A DNA stretch of 26,022 nucleotides, from positions 1-26,022 of the forward strand of contig JAZDJQ010000006.1 in the NCBI GenBank assembly GCA_043803765.1. Reading direction: 5' to 3'. Position numbers and translations under genes: made by a program. The notes under the pieces were generated by a model, which saw only the letters and a program-made list of their open reading frames with translations, made no database searches and was not told the DNA's origin. This stretch comes from Candidatus Iainarchaeum sp. (GTDB lineage Archaea > Iainarchaeota > Iainarchaeia > Iainarchaeales > VGJJ01). Each line of letters begins with the position of its first letter. Position 1 is the stretch's first letter. Below are positions 1 through 9,302 of this stretch, one piece after another.

Positions 1-263
1 TTTATTTTAGCTGAACAATCCCCAAAAGAAAAATTGAACTGCGCCGTCCCTTTGCCCGTGGCAACGTTTTGCAGGTTGCGCGTCATTCCCTCCAATGCGG
101 CATTAATAGTATTCGCGCACGTCTGTTCACGCAATCGGAGAATGGCTTCATATCCAGCAAATAATACAAAACCCATGAGAATAACCGCAATCAACAATTC
201 AAATGGAGCCGATTCCTGCCCTCTCGTTCCTTTCCTTTTTGAGCGTGAAGCAAAACGTCGCAT
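1..263 (-). CDS. Class III signal peptide (archaeal type IV pilin-like) protein, N-terminal part; runs off the window edge
   Basis: Not in the ORF track. Manual translation from ATG at 263: MRRFASRSKRKGTRG|QESAPFELLIAVILMGFVLFAGYEAILRLREQTCANTINAALEGMTRNLQNVATGKG..., open to base 1. Basic leader, RG|Q prepilin-peptidase-like site, conserved Glu, then hydrophobic helix. TATA-like TTTATAT about 25 bp upstream. Confidence 0.8.
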   Translation of the reverse strand, partial: MRRFASRSKRKGTRGQESAPFELLIAVILMGFVLFAGYEAILRLREQTCANTINAALEGMTRNLQNVATGKGTAQFNFSFGDCSAKI

Positions 264-411
264 GCGGGAAAAAGCCGAGTGGAACATATAAAGGATGACC
301 TGATAGAGAGGCAGATACAACCCAAAAATGACCACGCGAGGCAATGGGTTAATGAAATGCCTGTCCAAAATAATTGGTAGATTTATAAAATCTAAAGAGC
401 AAGGCAATGAT

Positions 412-561
412 ATGAAGACACAGATGGAAACAATTAATTTAATGAAAATTCCCATGAGAAAGACGAAAAAAGAAGAAACACTTCTCGATCAGCTCAAAGA
501 GGCATTTGAGGATATCAAGCAGGGCCGAGTGTATAATTGGGAAGAAATCAATCGCCACTAA
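412..561 (+). CDS. Small antitoxin-like protein (orphan)
   Basis: C-terminus LKEAFEDIKQGRVYNWEEI resembles IEIGRKDIREGRVYTTEQL of the RelE-linked antitoxin at 17791. TATA box TTTATAAA at about 382-389 favours the ATG at 412 over 328. Confidence 0.55.
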   Translation: MKTQMETINLMKIPMRKTKKEETLLDQLKEAFEDIKQGRVYNWEEINRH

Positions 562-711
562 ATTATGGCAAAAAGCAGGAATGGTTGAACAATTAACAGG
601 TTTTTTGCACATCGCAAACCGTTCGAAAAAAAAAGTGAAAAGTGTATGGAAAATTTTACGCGGCGGGATGCCAACCAAACGATTATAGGGGATTCGTCCA
701 TTCATCATAGG

Positions 712-1494
712 ATGCCTTCCCCTTATTCCTATTCTTCTCTATCACTCTTTGAGGCATGCCCCCAAGCATACGCTCACAAATACGTATGGAAAACGCCTCT
801 GCCGAAAGAAGAAAAAATAATTGATTTGCATATGAGCACCGGTTCGGTCGTGCATTCGGTATTAGAATGGGTGCATCAACAAGCATTAGAAAAAAAAACC
901 ATTACGGAGGAAAAATCACTCGCATTGCTCCCTTCTATTTGGAAAGAAATGCTCGCAGATTCTTTTACTCCTGTTGCGGAAGAAGAATTAGCTCCCTTCT
1001 TGCAAAAAAGCGTGGAAAATATTCAATGGTATTTCTCCGAAATATTCGAGAAAGACAAAGGGAATACGATTGCCGTAGAACAAAAACTACTCTACCCTCT
1101 TTTTCCACAAAAAAAACAATGGCTGATTGGTTTCGTTGACCGTGTTTCCCAACCAATGGAGAACAAGATTGTGCTCCATGATTACAAAACAGGAAGCAAA
1201 ACATTGAGCACGAAAACACTGTCTAAGAATTTTCAAGCCTCATTATACGGGGCCATGGCCGCCCACCACTATCAACCCTTGAATGAAATTGAATTACAAT
1301 GGCATTATTTATCGCACCACAAAACAGTGAAAACAACACTCAACCCGGAAGATGCACGGAATGCTATTCAGAAAGCAGGAAGGCTCGCACAAGGAATAGA
1401 GAACCACAAAAACGCCCAAATGTTCCCAGCCAAAACAGGATGGCAGTGCACGCGGTGCGATTTCATTAACGTGTGTCCGGCACACACGAAATAA
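712..1494 (+). CDS. PD-(D/E)XK nuclease family protein (RecB/AddB/Cas4-like, predicted 4Fe-4S)
   Basis: SYSSLSLFEACP, GSVVHSVLE, VEQK, GFVDRV, HDYKTG, FQASLYG and C-terminal CTRCDFINVC (1+3 Cys cluster arrangement). Start taken at MPSPYSYS. Confidence 0.9.
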   Translation: MPSPYSYSSLSLFEACPQAYAHKYVWKTPLPKEEKIIDLHMSTGSVVHSVLEWVHQQALEKKTITEEKSLALLPSIWKEMLADSFTPVAEEELAPFLQKSVENIQWYFSEIFEKDKGNTIAVEQKLLYPLFPQKKQWLIGFVDRVSQPMENKIVLHDYKTGSKTLSTKTLSKNFQASLYGAMAAHHYQPLNEIELQWHYLSHHKTVKTTLNPEDARNAIQKAGRLAQGIENHKNAQMFPAKTGWQCTRCDFINVCPAHTK

Positions 1495-1718
1495 AAACGG
1501 TTAACTGGGGGGAAAAAAAGAAAAATTACCCGGTTAGAAAAAAAACGCCCATATTTCTCCAAAAAAAACTTCGTATTTCCAAAAAGACCCAATTCGGTTG
1601 ATTTTTCAAATAACCGTATTTTCTACTCATTGAACGAAGACAGGCTGAAATCCCCCAACAACTCGCGAACAGAAACTCTGGCACCCACCAACGCGCGAAG
1701 CAACATCTTGTCCTTCGC

Positions 1719-1925
1719 TCACTCTCGAATCGGAAGGGCGCACAAGCCTATCTCTTTTTCTTCAAATCGCCTTGAGGTCAAACCGTACTTCAGCAAAATC
1801 GTCGCACTGGGCGCGCCACTCACCTGCTCTAATATTTGGTCTTCTGTTAAGATTTTCAATCGCACCTTCACGCCCCGCGTTAGACGCGTCACGGAGGAAA
1901 GAACAGTCCCTATCCCAAATCTCAT
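1719..1925 (-). CDS. Hypothetical protein (68 aa)
   Basis: ATG about 21-28 bp below a TTTATTAA box and fills an otherwise empty gap. No recognisable motif. Confidence 0.3.
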   Translation of the reverse strand: MRFGIGTVLSSVTRLTRGVKVRLKILTEDQILEQVSGAPSATILLKYGLTSRRFEEKEIGLCALPIRE

Positions 1926-1957
1926 TCCACACGATTGTTAATTATTAATAAACATTT

Positions 1958-1976
1958 TGTTTACTTAAAGTAAACA
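1958..1976. promoter_or_regulatory. Palindromic operator upstream of the MNT-HEPN operon
   Basis: TGTTTACTT-A-AAGTAAACA perfect inverted repeat directly abutting TATA-like TTTTTATA (about 1977-1984). An extra TAAACA half-site lies at 1949-1954. Confidence 0.6.
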
Positions 1977-2006
1977 TTTTTATAGGGGCGGGGGGCTATT
2001 GGCAAT

Positions 2007-2561
2007 ATGGACTTGCTTTCGCAATTTCTCACTCCTATCAATTTACGACTATTCGAGCTATTAATCGACAACCCGTATTTCGTTCGAGAATTGGCATTGA
2101 AAGCCAAAGTATCACCTGCGAAAGTCACCCAGTTTTCAAAACTGTTCGCTAGGGATAACCTCATCCAACACACGCGTGAATTAAATCGAAAAAAAATAGC
2201 GGTAAATAAAGATCACCCCCTCGTCAGGGAAATAATTTCACTCATTTTTATTCATAAAATCATCCATTCAAAATCTTTCCAACACCTTCAATCCATTTCC
2301 CAATCCATTGGGGTGTATGGAAGTGTTGTAGAAGGAACGGTGGATCAAAAGAGCGACATTGATCTCTGGGTTCTTTCTCCCAAAAAAGTTGGAATGATCG
2401 AATCGGGAACCCTCCAAAAAAAAATGACCCAAGAATTAGAGCGGGAAGTGAGTCTAAAATTTTACAAACGGGAGGAGCTAGATAAACTTAAAACAAAGGA
2501 CCCTATTTTCTATAACGAATTGGTTTACAAATCAAAAATAGTGTATGGTGATGGATTTTGA
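2007..2561 (+). CDS. Minimal nucleotidyltransferase (MNT) antitoxin with N-terminal winged HTH
   Basis: VRELALKAKVSPAKV HTH, and VYGSVVEG...SDIDLWV (GS + DxD). Overlaps the HEPN gene by 4 bp. Confidence 0.88.
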   Translation: MDLLSQFLTPINLRLFELLIDNPYFVRELALKAKVSPAKVTQFSKLFARDNLIQHTRELNRKKIAVNKDHPLVREIISLIFIHKIIHSKSFQHLQSISQSIGVYGSVVEGTVDQKSDIDLWVLSPKKVGMIESGTLQKKMTQELEREVSLKFYKREELDKLKTKDPIFYNELVYKSKIVYGDGF

Positions 2562-3007
2562 CCCTAAATCTCGCGAAGTGTTTCGACGAAGGAATGCTCA
2601 AGAAAATCCACCCCAATTTAAGATACGCCGAACAAAGCATTCGTCAAGCCGAGCATTTCCTAGACGAAGCCGAAAAACTTATTGACGCCGAAATCAAGGA
2701 CATGGCATTTATTGCACTCTACAACGCGTCCTTTCACGCCGCCCGTGCCTTGCTCTTCCGGGATGGAATAAAAGAACGAAGCCACTATTGCGTATGCAAA
2801 TACATCGAAGAAAAATACCAATTAAACGAACTTGTCACCATGCAGCAATCCGTGATCTTAGACACCCTTCGCTCCAAACGAAACGACATCCAGTATTCAC
2901 TTGAACAACCCGAACTGGACGAGGACTTAGACAAACTATACAATGAAGTCCTTACGTTTATTGAACGAGTTAAGGAAATAATCAAAAAAGGAGAAAAACC
3001 AAAGTAG
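2558..3007 (+). CDS. HEPN domain protein (MNT-HEPN toxin)
   Basis: YNASFHAARALL...SH and RNDIQY (Rx4Y) motifs. Translationally coupled to MNT. Confidence 0.88.
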   Translation: MTLNLAKCFDEGMLKKIHPNLRYAEQSIRQAEHFLDEAEKLIDAEIKDMAFIALYNASFHAARALLFRDGIKERSHYCVCKYIEEKYQLNELVTMQQSVILDTLRSKRNDIQYSLEQPELDEDLDKLYNEVLTFIERVKEIIKKGEKPK

Positions 3008-3153
3008 TAATCAAAGGCAGCCATTCAAAATGAACAACACCATTGCATTCATCCAGTAAAACCCAACCTGATTCATCCGCCCGCTGAAAACAAGCAAATC
3101 CCTCGGAAAGGGGGTTCCTGAAAGAAGAAAATAGGATTCTCCCAAAAACAATC

Positions 3154-3426
3154 CTAAATCAGGATAGATGGAAACACCCACGGGGCGAAAAGGAATAACA
3201 AAAGCAACAACAAAAATATCACCACCCCTTCTCCAAAATCATTCCACATTATTACAATCGAGAGGAAAAAAGCAGGATACCACAGCAAGGAATAATCCCA
3301 TGCAAAAATTAAGCCCCCGGCAATCATTCCAAGAAAGAAAACAAGAAGAATGAACGCTCCCACCTTGGCTACCAGCACTTTGGTGGACTTCACGATTCTC
3401 CTGAAATACTCGGATACGGAACCCAT
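3154..3426 (-). CDS. Small multi-pass membrane protein
   Basis: About 3 hydrophobic segments. Start may be 3426 or 3447. Confidence 0.7.
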   Translation of the reverse strand: MGSVSEYFRRIVKSTKVLVAKVGAFILLVFFLGMIAGGLIFAWDYSLLWYPAFFLSIVIMWNDFGEGVVIFLLLLLLFLFAPWVFPSILI

Positions 3427-3512
3427 AGCAAACCTACCATTTCCCATTCCAAGACCTATTTAAACGTCCCGCAGACATGGGTTTAAAACCCGTTTTTCCG
3501 CTTGTTGAGCGT

Positions 3513-4760
3513 ATGCTCGACATCCATTTCATACGAGAACACAAGGAGGAAGTGCGTGCCAATCTTGAGAAGCGGCAGCTTCCTGAATACACTACGCGTT
3601 TTGATGAAATGCTGGAAGATGATATCGCGTATCGTAGAGCATTGCAGCAAGTGGAAAGCCTTCGCGGAAAACGCAATCAACTTACGCAACAAGTAGCGGC
3701 TTCATTAAAAAATCCAATAAAAAAGGAAGAATTGGTTCAAGATTCCAAGCAAGTAGGGGAACAAATAAAGCAGAATGAGGAAACACAAAAGGCACTCAAG
3801 AAAAAAATACACGATTCCCTTATGCGGCTCCCTAATTTGTTAGAGGAAGACGTTCCATTTGGAAAAGATGATACGGAAAACGTTGAAATAAAAAAATGGG
3901 GAAAAATAATTGAGCGTGATTTTGAACCATTATCCCATGCGGATATTGCACTAAAAATGAATGGAGTAGAATTCGAGCGTGCCGTAAAAATAGCAGGAAA
4001 CGGATTCTACATGCTGAAAGGGGAATTGTTGAAAATGGAAATGGCGATACAACGATACGCACTCGATATATTGGAAAAAGACGGATTCATTCAAGTACAG
4101 CCCCCCTTCCTGATGAACCGTGCGGCATACGAAGGAGTAACGGATTTGGCCGAGTTTGACTCGCAACTATACAAAATTGAAAAAGAAGACTTGCACCTCA
4201 TTGCCACGAGCGAACATCCCCTCACGGCCCAGTTCATGAACGAACATATTCCGATCAACGAGTTGCCTATCCAATTAGCGGGAATATCCCCGTGCTTTAG
4301 AAAAGAAGTGGGAAAACATGGAATAGACGAACGAGGCCTGTTTAGAGTCCATCAATTCAATAAAATTGAACAAGTGGTGATTTGTTCCCCTGAGGATAGT
4401 AAAACGTGGCATGAACGCATGCTGGTAAACACGGAAAAAATGTTCCAAGGACTGGAAATACCCTACCGGATTGTAAACGTCTGCACGGGGGACATTGGAA
4501 TAGTAGCCGCTAAGAAATATGATATTGAGGGTTATTCTCCCCGAGAAAAAAAATACTTTGAATTAGGCTCCCTCTCCAACTGCACCACGTATCAATCAGT
4601 ACGACTCAATATGCGCATGACGAAAGAAGACGGAACCAAAACATATCCTCACACGCTCAACGCGACAGGCATCGCAACAAGCCGAATGCTACGAGCAATA
4701 CTCGAAAACCATCAGACGAAGGATGGGAGCATCCGCATCCCGGAAGTGCTACGCCCTTAA
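3513..4760 (+). CDS. serS: Serine--tRNA ligase (bacterial/eukaryal type); native C-terminus appears to continue in the +1 frame to 4830
   Basis: MLDIHFIRE start, N-terminal coiled coil, IATSEHPL, CFRKEVG, GLFRVHQFNKIEQ, KKYDIEGY, ELGSLSNCT, HTLNATG, AILENHQ. Confidence 0.97.
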   Translation: MLDIHFIREHKEEVRANLEKRQLPEYTTRFDEMLEDDIAYRRALQQVESLRGKRNQLTQQVAASLKNPIKKEELVQDSKQVGEQIKQNEETQKALKKKIHDSLMRLPNLLEEDVPFGKDDTENVEIKKWGKIIERDFEPLSHADIALKMNGVEFERAVKIAGNGFYMLKGELLKMEMAIQRYALDILEKDGFIQVQPPFLMNRAAYEGVTDLAEFDSQLYKIEKEDLHLIATSEHPLTAQFMNEHIPINELPIQLAGISPCFRKEVGKHGIDERGLFRVHQFNKIEQVVICSPEDSKTWHERMLVNTEKMFQGLEIPYRIVNVCTGDIGIVAAKKYDIEGYSPREKKYFELGSLSNCTTYQSVRLNMRMTKEDGTKTYPHTLNATGIATSRMLRAILENHQTKDGSIRIPEVLRP

Positions 4761-4853
4761 CATGTATGGGATAAAAGAGATCCCCAAAACAAATACATCA
4801 AACGAAAAACAGGCGAGGCGGTGTCATTAAAAACTCCCACGCATGATTTGTGC

Positions 4854-5624
4854 ATGCGATTGGGAATTCTCGTGATGGCATATAATGCCGAAAAGACCAT
4901 CGGAAGCGTGCTCACGCGAATTCCATTGGAAACCTATGAATTGGCCCACGGAATTTACGTGTTTGATGATGCCAGCGAGGACGAGACCCAGCACGTGGCC
5001 GAAAACGTCCAACAATCTCACTCGTTTGGGAAAAAGATCCGCGTGTTCAAACACCCCCACAACCTGGGATATGGGGGAAACCAGAAATACGCCTACCATT
5101 TCGCCGAAAAGAATGGATTGGATGTCGTAGTGATGCTCCATGGGGACGGGCAATATGCACCGGAGCTCCTTCCCAAAATTTATGGGCCGTTACTGAACGG
5201 AGAGGCCGACCTCGTCTTTGGTTCACGGATCATGGAAAATCCCCTCAAAGGAAAAATGCCTCTCCACAAATTTGTTGGAAACAAACTGTTGACGAAAATA
5301 CAGAACATTCTGGTTGGAACCCGATTCTCCGAATTCCATTCCGGTTATCGGGCGTTCCGGACAGCGTGCTTCTCCCATATCCCCCTTCAGAATTGTACTA
5401 ATGGATTCCATTTCGACACGCAGATACTTATCCTGTTCCACGACCGAGGATTCAGGATAAAAGAGACCCCCATTCCAACATTTTATGGGAATGAAATTTC
5501 CCATGTTCATATTTTTTCGTATGGGTGGAATGTACTAAAAGAGGCGGCATCATATCGCATTCACAAAAAAATTGGGAAAAAGGATACTTACCTATGTTCC
5601 TCTCAAAATCGCCAATCAATCTAA
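4854..5624 (+). CDS. Glycosyltransferase family 2 (polyprenol-phosphate glycosyl synthase/DPM1-like)
   Basis: MAYNAEKTI, VFDDASED, NLGYGGNQK, LHGDGQY, VFGSR, HSGYRAF, FHFDTQI. Confidence 0.92.
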   Translation: MRLGILVMAYNAEKTIGSVLTRIPLETYELAHGIYVFDDASEDETQHVAENVQQSHSFGKKIRVFKHPHNLGYGGNQKYAYHFAEKNGLDVVVMLHGDGQYAPELLPKIYGPLLNGEADLVFGSRIMENPLKGKMPLHKFVGNKLLTKIQNILVGTRFSEFHSGYRAFRTACFSHIPLQNCTNGFHFDTQILILFHDRGFRIKETPIPTFYGNEISHVHIFSYGWNVLKEAASYRIHKKIGKKDTYLCSSQNRQSI

Positions 5625-5636
5625 TGAGATGAAACA

Positions 5637-7073
5637 ATGACCGAACATCCTCCAAAACGGCATGGTGATATGTCGCTTTTTCTCGTTGCTTTTATTGCTA
5701 CTGTCATAATTGTAGGGATTCATTCCCTTCAATTTTCCCACGAAATCCGTGAGCCGGACGAGGCCGCATATGCGTATATTGGAGAATCTGTTCGGTTAGG
5801 AGAGGCTCTTTATTCGGAAGTTTGGGATAATAAACCTCCAGGTATTTACTTGACCTATGCGGTTGGATTGACGCTCACCCCAAATAGTATGAGTGGGGTG
5901 CGAATCCTGCAGTACCTTGCTATATTTGGGATTATTCTTAGCATGCTGATTTTGGTTCGCCGGAAAACGGAAATGAATCCAATCTTGGTTGGTTTTTGGT
6001 CAATCTTTTTTTTCACGTTTAAGGTCATGGAACCATATGCAACCCTGACTGAGATTTTTTGTCTCTTTTTTATCACGATTGGAGTAACCATCGCATTGTG
6101 TTCAACCCATAAAATCAAAAACATACTGGCTGGAATCGCATTCGGATTGAGCCTTTTCTTCAGTCATCTAGGAATTATTCCCATTCTCGTGTTCCTTGTT
6201 CTTTCCCAAAACAAAACACTGCTCGGATGGTTTCTGGCGACGAGTGGAGTGTTACTAGTTGGAACACAATTCATTTGGCCCTCGTTCCTGAATTTTTATA
6301 TCGGTACCGGGGTCGAGTATTTACAATCATGGGCCGAGGATCCCACGCGGTGGGATCGTATTATCAAGCTGTCATTTTTACTCCTTCCACCCATTATTGG
6401 GGGAATTTTTTTTGGAATACACAAAATACACAAACTGGATCAAATTTCATTATTCCTAATCGGATGGATCATGGGGGGAATAGCTTCGATTATCACTACC
6501 CAAAGCTTTTTTCCACACCATTTTTTGATCCTTGCCGCACCATTGATACTATTATTTTCCATTGGAACCCATTCGTTGTTCGTAAATAGAAAACAATGGA
6601 TCAATATTTTTTTCATAAGCTTGTTTCTCCTGATTTACCTTTTATCCACAGTCTTCTTCCATTGGTATGGAACAGAGACACGCGATTTAGTAGTAGCGGA
6701 GGAAGTTCGAAAGATCGTTCAACAAGAGGAAGATCTCTGGGTGGTTGGATACATGCCGGAAATATATTGGTATTCTCATCGCAGGAATCATTTACCCTTC
6801 TTTCATACACTGATATTGATTGATCACCGCATGAACCCAATTCGTCCCGAATTAATGCCAAGGGTTCAATCCTATTTCGATGCCTTTCCACCCAAGTATG
6901 TGGTATTACAATCGCCCGTGTTCATCACCCACCCTGATTTAGATTCATTGTTGTGTCATTATGCCCCAATAAAAGAAAACTGGTTATTCCAACGAGTTGA
7001 AAAAGAAGTTACCGAACCACGTGCATGTGAATCCCACACCATTATTAATGAAAAAATAAGAGATATGATATGA
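5637..7073 (+). CDS. GT-C fold multi-pass glycosyltransferase (ArnT/PMT-like)
   Basis: PDEAAY after TM1, WDNKPPGIY loop, about 11 TM helices, FPHHF, soluble C-terminal domain. Lies in an operon with the GT2. Confidence 0.8.
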   Translation: MTEHPPKRHGDMSLFLVAFIATVIIVGIHSLQFSHEIREPDEAAYAYIGESVRLGEALYSEVWDNKPPGIYLTYAVGLTLTPNSMSGVRILQYLAIFGIILSMLILVRRKTEMNPILVGFWSIFFFTFKVMEPYATLTEIFCLFFITIGVTIALCSTHKIKNILAGIAFGLSLFFSHLGIIPILVFLVLSQNKTLLGWFLATSGVLLVGTQFIWPSFLNFYIGTGVEYLQSWAEDPTRWDRIIKLSFLLLPPIIGGIFFGIHKIHKLDQISLFLIGWIMGGIASIITTQSFFPHHFLILAAPLILLFSIGTHSLFVNRKQWINIFFISLFLLIYLLSTVFFHWYGTETRDLVVAEEVRKIVQQEEDLWVVGYMPEIYWYSHRRNHLPFFHTLILIDHRMNPIRPELMPRVQSYFDAFPPKYVVLQSPVFITHPDLDSLLCHYAPIKENWLFQRVEKEVTEPRACESHTIINEKIRDMI

Positions 7074-8791
7074 TTGATCTGGCGCTCATTTTGGGATTGA
7101 TTTCCGCCATAGGGTGGTTTTTTTGTTTAGGGCACTTGATCAGCAGGTGGATTCAATCCGATCAGTCATGGGCCATGATCCTAGCATTATCCTGTTCCGC
7201 TATAATCGGATTCCTAACCCTCGTCACGCCATGGATCCCCCTCCCTCCCCCTATACTCCTGATTGGGGGACTTGTTCTGCTCACCTATTGGATTACCTGC
7301 CGATATCCTCTTCCAGAGATCAAAGTCCCCCGACTCAACATGATATTTCTTGCAACCCTTATCCTATTCATGATCTATGCCTATGCCGCCATCGCATACC
7401 TTGATTTTTCATTCGATTCATTGTCGTATCACCTTCCCTTTGTCCATGAAATGGCTACTCTTGGAAACATCCCTTTTCCCGATTCATTCAATAACTGGAC
7501 GGACTACGTGCACATCATTTTTCCTAAGGGAGTGGAATCCCTCTATGGATTGGCTCTGCAGCTCCACCCCTCCTTTTTTCCATTCCTGCAGATCCTTATG
7601 CTGGGAGGATTGGTCTTCCTCGTGAACGACTTAGGGAGACGACTCGGGAACCAAATCGAATGGCTGCCCTCTTCATTGGTGTTGGGACTAAATTATTTCT
7701 TCAATATTTTCAAAGCATTCTGGGTAGAATTCACGCTCTTTTTCTTCGTCTGTGCCTTATTCATCCTATTACAGGAAAAGTCGATCCGCCCGAGAATAGC
7801 ATGGGGGATTGGATTGATAACACTGGCTCTCGTGGCATCCAAGACTCATGCCATTGCATACGTGGGAATGTTCGCGCTTGTTCTGGGGATAGTATACCGT
7901 GAATGGCGTACCACCTTCTTCATGGGGATTGGGACAATAATAGGGCTGTGGACCACATACGGGGTCGCATGGCTTGGGGGATTTGACATATTCCACCTCT
8001 TCAAGGTCGTGCAGGCCCTCACGCACGCGGATCCCACACCAGTAGCAGATCGCCTGCATATTATTGGAATTGTCATCGGGAGAATCCTGTCATACCCTCT
8101 CATCCTCGTTTCATTCATTGGGGGAATAATAGGATTTATTTCCTGTCCATCTGTTCGTAAGACCGGTATGGTATGGGGTGCTGGAGTGATTGCATTCGTG
8201 GGTGTTTTTGTTGTAACGAGCGTGTACGCGTATACCTACCTCCAGCTCCAAGTATACATTTTTGCAATTATTGGAATAATCGCCATTCTTGCTGCCGTGG
8301 GGTACAGCCAGTTATCCAGCCACATTGAGGGAAAATATAGGGTATTCGGGTCGATGGTCCTGGGTGCAGGACTCATCATCGGAATCGTCTTCACGGGCAT
8401 TTCCTTTGCATCATTAGGAATGGGGTGGCATGTCGGGACGGGAACAGCATACCCGTTCATTCATGATGCCATTCCAAATGATCCTTCCACCACATTATTC
8501 TTCATGAATAATATCAACTCGGTCACATGGGGACTAGAAAAAGCACGAGTGGTTGATTTCACTCGTTACCCGTCCATCCAAGAAAAGGATCCCTGTACCT
8601 TTTTCAGGGGAGAAGGAATCACGCATGTAATATATTGGGCACAGGGACAGAATATGCATCAGGTTTACGGAGGAAAGGATGAATTTTACCTAAACGCATT
8701 AACGGATCTGAAAAACGAAAAATGTTCCACCACCCTGTATGATGAAGGAAAAAATCTGACTCCTTTTATCGCGAAAATAAAGTCGATTTAG
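7070..8791 (+). CDS. Multi-pass membrane protein, probable GT-C glycosyltransferase
   Basis: FDSLSYHLP and FPKGVE loop motifs, more than 12 TM segments, ATGA overlap with the previous gene. Confidence 0.7.
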   Translation: MIDLALILGLISAIGWFFCLGHLISRWIQSDQSWAMILALSCSAIIGFLTLVTPWIPLPPPILLIGGLVLLTYWITCRYPLPEIKVPRLNMIFLATLILFMIYAYAAIAYLDFSFDSLSYHLPFVHEMATLGNIPFPDSFNNWTDYVHIIFPKGVESLYGLALQLHPSFFPFLQILMLGGLVFLVNDLGRRLGNQIEWLPSSLVLGLNYFFNIFKAFWVEFTLFFFVCALFILLQEKSIRPRIAWGIGLITLALVASKTHAIAYVGMFALVLGIVYREWRTTFFMGIGTIIGLWTTYGVAWLGGFDIFHLFKVVQALTHADPTPVADRLHIIGIVIGRILSYPLILVSFIGGIIGFISCPSVRKTGMVWGAGVIAFVGVFVVTSVYAYTYLQLQVYIFAIIGIIAILAAVGYSQLSSHIEGKYRVFGSMVLGAGLIIGIVFTGISFASLGMGWHVGTGTAYPFIHDAIPNDPSTTLFFMNNINSVTWGLEKARVVDFTRYPSIQEKDPCTFFRGEGITHVIYWAQGQNMHQVYGGKDEFYLNALTDLKNEKCSTTLYDEGKNLTPFIAKIKSI

Positions 8792-8828
8792 TTTAACTTC
8801 AATGGACGCATGACATCAACAAAAAAAA

Positions 8829-9128
8829 ATGGGACCGGATGGGAGGAGAGAAGAAAATAATATGCATAAAATGAAAAAGGAAAACACTCAATTGACGCGT
8901 GATGATGCCACATCCATCCTTCGTTCCGCAGGAATGCAAGTCAACGACTATGCCCGTTACGTGGATAGTAGAGGAATGATTCGTTTCGTCACGCGCAAGG
9001 CGGGGGAGTTTGGTGTGAAGAATGCGGGTTGGAGGGAAGTTTCTCGTGCGGAAGCGGAGCGCATCCAGCGAGCGAATGCGGAATTGAGGAGAAATTACCT
9101 GAAACCAAAAATGAGGAAGTATTTTTGA
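8829..9128 (+). CDS. Hypothetical basic protein
   Basis: Fills the gap and ends LRRNYLKPKMRKYF. True start may be 8862 or 8871. Confidence 0.6.
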   Translation: MGPDGRREENNMHKMKKENTQLTRDDATSILRSAGMQVNDYARYVDSRGMIRFVTRKAGEFGVKNAGWREVSRAEAERIQRANAELRRNYLKPKMRKYF

Positions 9129-9302
9129 GGAAAAAAAAATCAAGTAATGGCATTTTCGCCGTCCCTGAACCGTACGCGTTCGATTTTTGATAAGTCGGAT
9201 AGGTCATTTGAATCGGTTTATTAACGAGTCATTTGTCTCCGAAAATTTCCAACAAACCATCGTACCAGTTAGTTTTATATTTGACAATTTACTTGCCACG
9301 TT

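Noticed and set aside
34-291. 85 aa plus-strand ORF and the many other short ORFs nested in or antisense to larger genes
   Set aside because: Shadow ORFs of better-supported genes (here the pilin-like gene).
712-1494. CRISPR-associated Cas4
   Set aside because: No cas genes or array in the window. Better called a stand-alone PD-(D/E)XK nuclease.
1623-1721. TGA readthrough or recoding of the 1719..1925 ORF (frame stays open about 31 more codons)
   Set aside because: TGA is used as a normal stop in several well-supported genes here and TGG encodes Trp. An open stretch of this length is expected by chance.
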